Source of the DNA: Octopus sinensis
Lineage: Eukaryota
Direction of reading: 5' to 3'
Length of the DNA stretch: 64,000 nt
NCBI RefSeq assembly: GCF_006345805.1
Contig: NC_043007.1
Location: 73,346,001 to 73,410,000, forward strand
Shown here: in pieces, positions 54,131 to 64,000 of the stretch
Layout of the letters: every line of letters starts with the position of its first letter
Position numbering within the stretch: the stretch's first letter is position 1
The notes under the pieces: model-generated
What the model was told of the DNA's origin: nothing
The model's database searches: none
What the model saw: only the letters and a program-made list of their open reading frames with translations
Made by a program: the position numbers and the translations under genes

Positions 54131-54508
54131 ATGTGATTTATAATGGATTTGTTATATTGAATCTATGGGCATAAAACTGAGTAGCATAAGCATGATGCAA
54201 TGTGGCAGTGAGCTACATTGCCATAACATGGTTGTTTATAATTCATCTAGTGAATTTACCCCCAGCTCTTCATTATGTAACTAAATACTGCTTACCATTT
54301 TGTCTGCTTCCCAAATACTCCTGTTATTCACCTTAATAATTCTTTCTAATTTTAGCACAGGCCTGCAGTGTTGAGGGAAGCGGGTAAATTGACTATGTCA
54401 ACTCTAGTGTTTTGTTTTATTGACTCCCTCCCTTCCCACTAAAAAGGATGAAAGTTGACAACAGTGGAGTTTGAACTCAGAATGTAAAGATGAACAAAAC
54501 ACCATTAA

Positions 54509-54729
54509 CCCTTTCATTAGCAACCCGGCCAAAACTGGCTCTGGCTCTGTAGTACAAATGTCTTGTTTTCATAAGTTTTGCATTAAAATATACCACCAAA
54601 CTTTAGTCGCAACTTATATTCCTAACACTAGCTTAATGATAACTAAGTTATTTTACTAAATTCTTTGTTATATTTAAAATAATTGAAAGTAACACTGAGC
54701 ATCTCAAAATAAATACAGTAATGAAAGGG
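54509..54729. mobile_element. piggyBac-like MITE, second family
   Basis: Perfect TIR CCCTTTCATTA / TAATGAAAGGG, TTAA on both sides. Confidence 0.8.
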
Positions 54730-54743
54730 TTAAGCATTTTGTC

Positions 54744-54744
<1 letters not shown>

Positions 54745-54798
<54 letters not shown>

Positions 54799-54856
54799 TC
54801 ATAATGATAATAATAATGATAATAATAATAATAATGACAATAATGATAATAATAAT
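54745..54856. repeat. (TAA)n microsatellite
   Basis: Direct reading. Confidence 0.95.
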
Positions 54857-57608
54857 TTCTTTATTAACCACAAAGAGTTTACATTAAGAAAAACATTAAG
54901 GACAATACAAGACAAAACAAAGAATGTGTGTGGGGGGTGGGGGTGGGGGTGTATTCCTCAATAGGGAGGACATGTTTGAGGGCTACTTATGGAAAAACCC
55001 CATAAAAACCATGGGCATCCTTTCCGAGAGTGTAGTGGGTGCTTTCACATGTGACTGACATGATGGCCAGTCTGGCGGTACTGGCAACAGCCACGCTCAA
55101 ATGGTGCTTTTTACGTGCCACCTGCACAGGAGCCAGTCCAACGGCACTGGCAGTGACCTCGCTCGAATGTTTTGTTCACGTGCCACCGGCACAAGTGCCA
55201 GTAAGATGACGCTGGTGATGATCACACTCAAATGGTGCTTTTTACGTGCCACCAGCACGGAAGCCAGACAGCTGCTCTGAATGAAAAAGTATTACATATA
55301 ACTGAATAATCTGAATACTAAAGGGTTAATAAATCAGGCAAAAATCAGACCAAAATAAATGTATTCATTTGTACTCAAGATGATTAGCAAATAGCAATCC
55401 TGTTTTTCCAAATAGGGACCCAACTCTATAACATGAATTTTTTAAAATCATTGTTTCTTTTCTTTATCTTTTTCCTTCCTGCATTTACAAAGCCAGCCAT
55501 GATAGTGCTGGTGTAGCGTAGCTCGGTGATATCCTCACTATTTGAGAGAGATCATAGAAATGATGTCGTCTTTGATAGCAACCATCCTTCGGCTGCTTAG
55601 GCTCAGTTGTGTTTTTCTCTCTTATTCTTTACTGGCACTCTTGTTCTTTCATACCATGTATTTGGCTATCTTCTTTTGTAAAGGCAACCGTGTGGCATTT
55701 AAAAGGAGACATTTCTGTCACCAACTCCTTTACGTACGGTCGTTCACTACACTGACATTAAACATGAAATTTGGTAAGGAGAAGATCTTTACCCACTTTT
55801 TCCAAGTTTTTTTAAGTTTTGTGTAAACAAAGTCTTACAACCAGTTTTTTAGTTACTGCAAACATCTGCCAGAATTGCAAAATGTCAAGAAACAAAACAT
55901 AATGTTACTCTTCATGAGTAAACAAAACCACTGCTGGGCCATTTTGTAACCATTTTAAACATGTTACACTGAAATGATGATCAGCTTCATCCTTTGGAAA
56001 ACTGTCAAAATTATCTTTAAAACCAAGCTGAGATTGATCTAACTCAATAAGAGCATATTTGAGATCAGATGTTACAGGTATTTCATAAAACAGGTCTGTC
56101 AAAACATGTATAACAATGAGTGAATGTAGTTTTACTTTGACATCGTCATCCTAAACACAATAATGTATTGACATGGTTCAGGTTTTTTGGGGGTTCCATT
56201 TCTGCCATCTTTACAGTCCCAGAGAGCAGGTGACAGATGTCACCAGACAAGGGGCTGAACATAGGTTTACATGAGTCTTTTGAGAATTAACTTCAGGAGT
56301 AATCAGAATGACCAGGGCATTGTTTTGTTGATACCATCTTGGTTTTGGTCAGAAAGTCAGTGCCATATGATCAAAGTGGAACTCATAGATACCATCCTGT
56401 CAGAGATAATTATAAGTTCCATTCTGGCCACTGAGTGCTTTTTCTTTCCTAAACTATCTTGTTGCAAGATTGTTGGCAAACAAGTTGGAAGGGTATTGGT
56501 CAACTAACAACATTGTTAATAGTTTATAAGCTACCACATTTAAAAACTAAGAAACACCTAACCCAGTCATGTCTTAGTCAAATCTACCTAGCGACAGGTA
56601 GTCAAATTAGTGACAATACAATATAATGTAACAAGCTGTCACTGTACTTACCAAAGCTTAGTGAGGTTTTCAAAAGGTCACATTGTATTTGGCTAGTTTT
56701 TTCTTTCTGTGATTAGTAACAAATGTTTGGCATTCTTTTAGTGAATGATGGACAAAGAGAAATATGGAAACACACAAGTAATTATATTTACTAGATATTT
56801 TATTGACTTTGAAGGTGTAGAAGATTAAGTTGACCTTCTAATTGTATTTGAGATCAAAATCATAAGACATTAAACAGTAACTTTGTTATACTGTAAATTA
56901 AATGTCACTATTTCTGTATCCCCTTCCACCACTCTCTCACTTTTAATGATCATCTTTGTTAGATAACAACACTTAATTCATTCATTATTGAATAACAATT
57001 AATATAGTTATCAAGAATATTAATATATTTTTAGAAAATTTATGTTGTATTTCATTTTTGTATTTGGTTTGCAAGGTTTTTTTAATGTGAATTCATGCAT
57101 TGAAATAGGTTTTGTTGTTTATATCCGCTTAAATGTGGATTTTCTGTTAGAACAAACTTTACTATGGTAAGTTACCACGCGAGAAACTCTCATATTAGCT
57201 TTTGGTGCAAAATGCACTCTTGAAACAAGAGTGCATTTTGCACTAAAAGCCAATATGAGAATTTCTCTCATGGTATCTACAACAATACAGTTGGTACTAA
57301 TAGAATATCTACTTTTAAGTGGAGATAAATATTAACACTACCTCTGTTGTTAATATATATGGGTTTTGTTGTATCTTGGGAGGGTCATTAGGTAAATAAT
57401 GAACACAAGCACTGATTCTGTTTCACTTCTTTTATCATTATTTGTTAATTAATTAACCATTTAATCAGTTAACTAATTGAGTGTTCAGTTAATCAATCAG
57501 CTAAGTTTGTCAGGCCACGAATATTTAAACAACCGAGTTTAAACGAGAATGTGAAAAATTAGTCAAATGTTTAAAACTTACTGTTTTAACAGGAGAGAGG
57601 GTGTAGTT

Positions 57609-59360
57609 TCACTCTCCTCTTTTCTGTCTGTGAGTGTTGTGGTTTGCGAGGTCATTTTTTTCATGAATTGCCTGTACAGATGGCTCGAAAAGTTCATCTG
57701 TAATGGGCCGACGTTTTTTTAGTTCAAAATAGTCAGAGTTATCTATAGTATAAAATTTGACATTTTCAAGAATAGTATTATTTACATCTGTTGTGATATA
57801 TTTTTTCGCTGATTTCATTAAAACAATTTTGTCTCTTAATAGTTTATTATTTTTGTTTATCGCCATGAAGGTGTTTCTCTTTTTTATATTAGGCGATTGT
57901 GGAGGGGTGTGCGTGTGCTTGTGGGTGTGTGCGTGCTTGTAGAAGCGTGGGTGTTTGTAGGTGTGTGTGTGCTTGTGGTAGGTGTGTGTGTGTTTGTGTG
58001 TGCTTTTTCCAGTGTGTGTGTGTTTTTGGCTACGTGTGTGTTTGCGACTGTGTTTGTGGGTGTGCTTGTCTCTCTCGGAGCATAGTCCTATGTATCCGAA
58101 GAGGGTGGGTTTTTCCGTTTCCGTCTTCTTTTTGAAGCTTCCACGTTAACCCATTCCTGGATGTTATTGTTGTTTTCTCCCACTGTCGGCTGTACTTTGG
58201 CAATTGGGGTGGGTGCGCGACGTGGATGCTATTTCTAGTGGTGTCGTTGTTGTCTTCGGCATCGTGCTTGCCTCTTCTGCTGCGTTTTCTTTGGCTGTCT
58301 TCTTCTTACAGCTCGACCCTATGTGGCCTTTCTCGCCACATTTGTAACATCTGGGCTTTCTCCCCTCGACTACCACCATCATGCTGGTGATTTTCCCCAA
58401 TTGTAAGGGAACTGGGCAATTTTTCTAAGTCTGAGGGGTTTGCTTGGATGACAAGCTCTAAATCTTGTCCAAACCAGTTCATGTGGTGGTATCTCTTGGA
58501 TTGAAGAATTGAAATTTCTTCTTCTTTGCCTATGAGAATAGCGGCTATCACAAAGGCCACATCTATTTTGGGTGGTATATCTGTGGCTGTGATTTTTGAA
58601 GTTCTCTTTCCTAAGTAAGTCGGCCGGAGAACTACTTCTTCCGACTTCAATGTCCTTGTTGAATGTTCCCTAGCTTTTTCTTCGCTAGGGAAACGCACCT
58701 CTACAGTGCTGAAGCGACTACCCCTTGTTATGTAGCTTGCTTGTTGCCATATCGGCCTCAAGCATTTTTCTATGGCTTCCCTCGGTACAAAGTCGATTTT
58801 TTTATTTTTGACATTATATGTTTTATATATTACCGTCTTTCTCTCCGTCGCGTAAATTAATTCACTGGGAGGGAGCAACTTCACATTATCACCTTCTTTT
58901 TTTAGTAAACCTTGGAATTTCTTTAATTCTTCTTCGTTAATAACTATATTATCACAGGGGCGAGTTGCTGCACTCGCAAAATTTAATTTAGACTTTTCCT
59001 GTTGTGTAGCAGCCTCGCTAGACATCTTGTCGTCTGCTTTTGTAACGCTCGCGTGAGACGCCTCTTTACTTTTACCTTCCTCCTCCCACATGTTCGCCTC
59101 TATACCTTTACCTTTCTCTTCCCACATATTCGCCTCTTTACTTTCACCCTCCTCCTCCCACATATTCGCCTTCATGCCTTCAAACAAATTTTCAAAATTT
59201 CAATTCATGTTTTTTGCCGCTTCCCCCTTGAAACAAGGAGGAAAGAACAGCAAATCTCTGCTGCACCAGCAGAAAAGAAGTGGTCTCGACGACCAAAACA
59301 GCAAATTTTCATAATTTTCAGCACAAAAACAATCTTTCACTGCGGAGCAAAGAATTAACA
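57609..59360 (-). mobile_element. Gag-like / LINE ORF1 (L1/Tx1-type) with CCHC zinc knuckle, frameshifted
   Basis: 293-aa ORF 58306-59187 continues in another frame into VVVEGRKPRCYKCGEKGHIGSSC (CX2CX4HX4C), then a low-complexity tail and ORF 57609-57866. Confidence 0.75.
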
Positions 59361-59366
59361 CGACCG

Positions 59367-59424
<58 letters not shown>

Positions 59425-59692
59425 GGGACCGTATGACAGCGAGATTGGAGAGACACGGAATGATGTAGTTTGGGAGACATTTTGTCAGAGTGTAGGATAG
59501 GAGCGAATTGGAAGTAAAGCAGATAACAAAGTGTGACGGTCTTCAACTAATGATTGACTTTTTTAAGACCCTAGCTTCGTGTCTGGTTAATTTACATATC
59601 AAATAAATAGTGTCTAGACGTAAGTACATTGTAGAATGTGTTCTAGAAAGCTAACACACCACGACTGTAGGAGTAGTAAGTATTTGATGTTA

Positions 59693-62505
59693 GAAGGCGG
59701 CGAGCTGGCAGAGACGTTAGCACGCCGGGCGATATGCTTTGCGGTCTTTCGTCTGCCGCTACGTTCTGAGTTCAAATTCCGCCGAGGTCGACTTTGCCTT
59801 TCATCCTTTCTGGGTCGATTAAATAAGTACCAGTTACACACTAGAGTTTGATATAATCGACTTAATCCGTTTGTCTGTCCTTGTTTGTCCCCTCTGTGTT
59901 TAGCCCCTTGTGGGTAATAAAGAAATAGGTATTTCGTCTGCCGCTATGTTCTGAGTTCAAATTCCGTCGAGGTCGACTTTGCCTTTCATCCTTTCTGGGT
60001 CGATTAAATAAGTACCAGTTACACACTAGGGTTTGATATAATCGACTTAATCCGTTTGTCTCTCCTTGTTTGTCCCCTCTGTGTTTAGCCCCTTGTGGGT
60101 AATAAAGAAATAGGTATTTCGTCTGCCGCTATGTTCTGAGTTCAAATTCCGCCGAGGTCGACTTTGCCTTTCATCCTTTCTGGGTCGATTAAATAAGTAC
60201 CAGTTACACACTAGAGTTTGATATAATCGACTTAATCCGTTTGTCTGTCCTTGTTTGTCCCCTCTGTGTTTAGCCCCTTGTGGGTAATAAAGAAATAGGT
60301 ATTTCGTCTGCCGCTATGTTCTGAGTTCAAATTCCGTCGAGGTCGACTTTGCCTTTCATCCTTTCTGGGTCGATTAAATAAGTACCAGTTACACACTAGG
60401 GTTTGATATAATCGACTTAATCCGTTTGTCTCTCCTTGTTTGTCCCCTCTGTGTTTAGCCCCTTGTGGGTAATAAAGAAATAGGTATTTCGTCTGCCGCT
60501 ATGTTCTGAGTTCAAATTCCGCCGAGGTCGACTTTGCCTTCATCCTTTCTGGGTCGATTAAATAAGTACCAGTTACACACTAGGGTTTGATATAATCGAC
60601 TTAATCCGTTTGTCTGTCCTTGTTGTCTCCTCTGTGTTTAGCCCCTTGTGGGTAATAAGAAATAGGTATTTCGTCTGCCGCTATGTTCTGAGTTCAAATT
60701 CCGCCGATGTCGACTTTGCCTTTCATCCTTTCTGGGTCGATTAAATAAGTACCAGTTACACACTAGGGTTTGATATAATCGACTTAATCCGTTTGTCTCT
60801 CCTTGTTTGTCCCCTCTGTGTTTAGCCCCTTGTGGGTAATAAAGAAATAGGTATTTCGTCTGCCGCTATGTTCTGAGTTCAAATTCCGTCGAGGTCGACT
60901 TTGCCTTTCATCCTTTCTGGGTCGATTAAATAAGTACCAGTTACACACTAGAGTTTGATATATCGACTTAATCCGTTTGTCTGTCCTTGTTTGTCCCCTC
61001 TGGTTTAGCCCCTTGTGGGTAATAAAGAATAGGTATTTCGTCTGCCGCTATGTTCTGAGTTCAAATTCCGCCGAGGTCGACTTTGCCTTTCATCCTTTCT
61101 GGGTCGATTAAATAAGTACCAGTTACACACTAGGTTTGATATAATCGACTTAATCCGTTTGTCTGTCCTTGTTTGTCCCCTCTGTGTTTAGCCCCTTGTG
61201 GGTAATAAAGAAATAGGTATTTCGTCTGCCGCTATGTTCTGAGTTCAAATTCCGCCGAGGTCGACTTTGCCTTTCATCCTTTCTGGGTCGATTAAATAAG
61301 TACCAGTTACACACTAGAGTTTGATATAATCGACTTAATCCGTTTGTCTGTCCTTGTTTGTCCCCTTGTGTTTAGCCCCTTGTGGGTAATAAAGAAATAG
61401 GTATTTCGTCTGCCGCTATGTTCTGAGTTCAAATTCCGCCGAGGTCGACTTTGCCTTTCATCCTTTCTGGGTCGATTAAATAAGTACCAGTTACACACTA
61501 GGGTTTGATATAATCGACTTAATCCGTTTGTCTGTCCTTGTTTGTCTCCTCTGTGTTTAGCCCCTTGTGGGTAATAAAGAAATAGGTATTTCGTCTGCCG
61601 CTATGTTCTGAGTTCAAATTCCGCCGATGTCGACTTTGCCTTTCATCCTTTCTGGGTCGATTAAATAAGTACCAGTTACACACTAGGGTTTGATATAATC
61701 GACTTAATCCGTTTGTCTGTCCTTGTTTGTCCCCTCTGTGTTTAGCCCCTTGTGGGTAATAAAGAAATAGGTATTTCGTCTGCCGCTATGTTCTGAGTTC
61801 AAATTCCGCCGAGGTCGACTTTGCCTTTCATCCTTTCTGGGTCGATTAAATAAGTACCAGTTACACACTAGAGTTTGATATAATCGACTTAATCCGTTTG
61901 TCTGTCCTTGTTTGTCCCCTCTGTGTTTAGCCCCTTGTGGGTAATAAAGAAATAGGTATTTCGTCTGCCGCTATGTTCTGAGTTCAAATTCCGCCGAGGT
62001 CGACTTTGCCTTTCATCCTTTCTGGGTCGATTAAATAAGTACCAGTTACACACTAGGGTTTGATATAATCGACTTAATCCGTTTGTCTGTCCTTGTTTGT
62101 CTCCTCTGTGTTTAGCCCCTTGTGGGTAGTAAAGAAATAGGTATTTCGTCTGCCGCTATGTTCTGAGTTCAAATTCCGCCGATGTCGACTTTGCCTTTCA
62201 TCCTTTCTGGGTCGATTAAATAAGTACCAGTTACACACTAGGGTTTGATATAATCGACTTAATCCGTTTGTCTGTCCTTGTTTGTCCCCTCTGTGTTTAG
62301 CCCCTTGTGGGTAATAAAGAAATAGGTATTTCGTCTGCCGCTATGTTCTGAGTTCAAATTCGCCGATGTCGACTTTGCCTTTCATCCTTTCTGGGTCGAT
62401 TAAATAAGTACCTGTTACGCACTGGGGTCGATATAATCGACTTAATCCGTTTGTATGTCCTTGTTTGTCCTCTCTGTGTTTAGCTCCTAGTGGGTAGTAA
62501 AGAAA
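59693..62505 (+). repeat. SINE family B head followed by about 15 tandem 185-bp body units
   Basis: ATTTCGTCTG recurs at 59931, 60116, 60301 etc. (period 185); flanked by the direct repeat TAAGTATTTGATGTTA at 59677-59692 and 62506-62521. Confidence 0.95.
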
Positions 62506-63138
62506 TAAGTATTTGATGTTATGGGATTTCAATAACCTTTCAACTCTTAATTTATCTATGCTCAGGTGGAAAACCTCGCATTTTGGAAAAAAATAATAAT
62601 TCTATTTTTCAAATCTGTAGTTTCTTTATTTTTAAAGAAGATCAATTTTTGCGATGAAGTTGATTATCCATTTTGCTCAAATAGTGGTCTAAGGGAAATA
62701 ACTCCGATAAGCAATGTTTGAGAGTTTATGTTCCTACATTTCTAGTTGTTAAAGACGGAGTTGCACCTGACTAACCCGGCAGAGCTTAGGACCAGACACG
62801 TATCGGATTAGTGGATTAACAATTGGCAAGTAAGACCTTTGTCAGCCACTCGCTAGCTTTCTGTTTAAAGCTATGTATAAGATTATTGAACTCTTGCTGT
62901 CTGGAATCCTAATCTTGTCCAGAATATCGATCCCCAACTGGCAGCTGTTTTGTAACGTGCAACCAAGCAAATTCCCAAATGTCAGTCAGCATATCTCGAA
63001 TGTCTTGCTTTTCTCAGTATTGGAAAACAAATATGTCAACGTCTACCTGACTTGTTACGGGTCCACAAAATTATTCACTATCAATGATTTTGGCCATCTC
63101 TTTTTAATACTTTAATAATAATAATAAAATAATAATAA

Positions 63139-64000
63139 GTTTAGTTCAATCGAATTAGATGTCGAAATAGTAATAAAGGAACTTGAGCAGGAACAAACCT
63201 ATAAATACCTAGAAATAAATGAAGGCTCTGGTATCCAGCATGCAAGCATGAAAGAGAAGGTTAGGAAAGAATGTTATAGAAGAGTTCGAGCAGTCCTGAA
63301 GTCTGAGCTGAATGCATATAATAAGGTTTTAGCCATAAATTCCTTAGCAGTACCAGTTGTTCTTTATAGCTTCAATGTGCTTAACTGGAATACCAGTGAA
63401 ATAATGAAAATTGACCGAAAAATCCGCAAGCTACTGACTAGTAATAAGATGCACCATCCAAAGGCAGACGTGGATCGCCTTTACCTTCCCAGAGCACAGG
63501 GAGGTCGAGGTTTGATCCAGCTTGAACTTAATACAAAACCACCACAATCAGACTGGCCAAATACCTTGAAGCAAAAGGATGTGTTTATTAATTGACATGA
63601 GTATTCCCTGTGACCACAATATAGCGGCGAAAGAATTTGACAAGATTAGTAAATATAAAGACCTGCTAATAGAAATTGAAAAAAATGTGGCATCTCAAAG
63701 AGACTACGGTACCAGTGATTGTAGGATCTCTAGGAATGATAAAAAAAGGTACTGAAACCTATTTGAAAATGATTCCAGGCTTACCATCCCTACATGAAGT
63801 GCAAAAAATCGTATTAACTGGAACGGCTCATGTACTGAGAAGAGCACTATCGCTGTGAAAATAACATCCATCCATGAATTTATTTATTTATCAATTTTTA
63901 AATACATATTTTATCGGTAAATTTGCGCGTGTAATCTGGGAATGCATACAATGCCCTTCTCTGCCCTAGGTGTATGGAAAACACTCGGCGAGACACGGAA
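63139..64000 (+). mobile_element. R4/Dong-like non-LTR retrotransposon 3' part (RT thumb + restriction-like endonuclease), internally deleted
   Basis: YKYL..E, NKVLAINSLAVPV, HHPKADVDRLYLPRAQGGRGL, then IDMSIP..K..KYKDL..EI..W...VPVIVGSLG; abuts (TAA)n. Confidence 0.85.

Noticed and set aside
55035-55265. Repeat-spacer pattern resembling a CRISPR array
   Set aside because: Eukaryotic context, spacers related to each other, no cas genes; it is the modular RTE 3' UTR
58391-58398. GGGGAAAA as a programmed -1 frameshift site in the gag-like ORF
   Set aside because: Reaching the zinc-knuckle frame needs +1, and the heptamer is out of phase; a 1-bp indel or sequencing error is likelier
59746-62505. 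185-bp tandem array as retrozyme, rDNA or tRNA array
   Set aside because: No CUGANGA/GAAA core on either strand and no rRNA or cloverleaf match; the unit is a SINE body

Overview
Eukaryotic, AT-rich, repeat-dense DNA. The SINE/LINE families and (TA)n tracts point to an octopus (coleoid cephalopod) genome; this is an inference. The one intact gene is a protein phosphatase 1 catalytic subunit of the beta type (PPP1CB-like) on the minus strand: 8 coding exons from ATG at 40267 to TGA at 10153, 329 aa, all GT-AG introns, and a probable multi-kb 3' UTR. The rest is tRNA-derived SINEs, RTE/CR1/R4 LINE remnants, a gag-like ORF1, Tc1 and mariner relics, hAT and piggyBac-like MITEs, Helentron-like elements and microsatellites. 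The most notable unexplained structure is a set of short fold-back elements, mostly beside (TA)n tracts, whose arms carry minimal type I hammerhead ribozyme cores on both strands (34560-34720, 40951-41100, 44751-45057). One has a compensatory U3-A8 core. Several solo hammerheads also occur (43344, 45157, 50386). They are probably Penelope-like pseudo-LTR derivatives. A 15-copy 185-bp SINE-body tandem array is bracketed by a single 16-bp target-site duplication. All folds were read by eye; no searches or folding programs were run.
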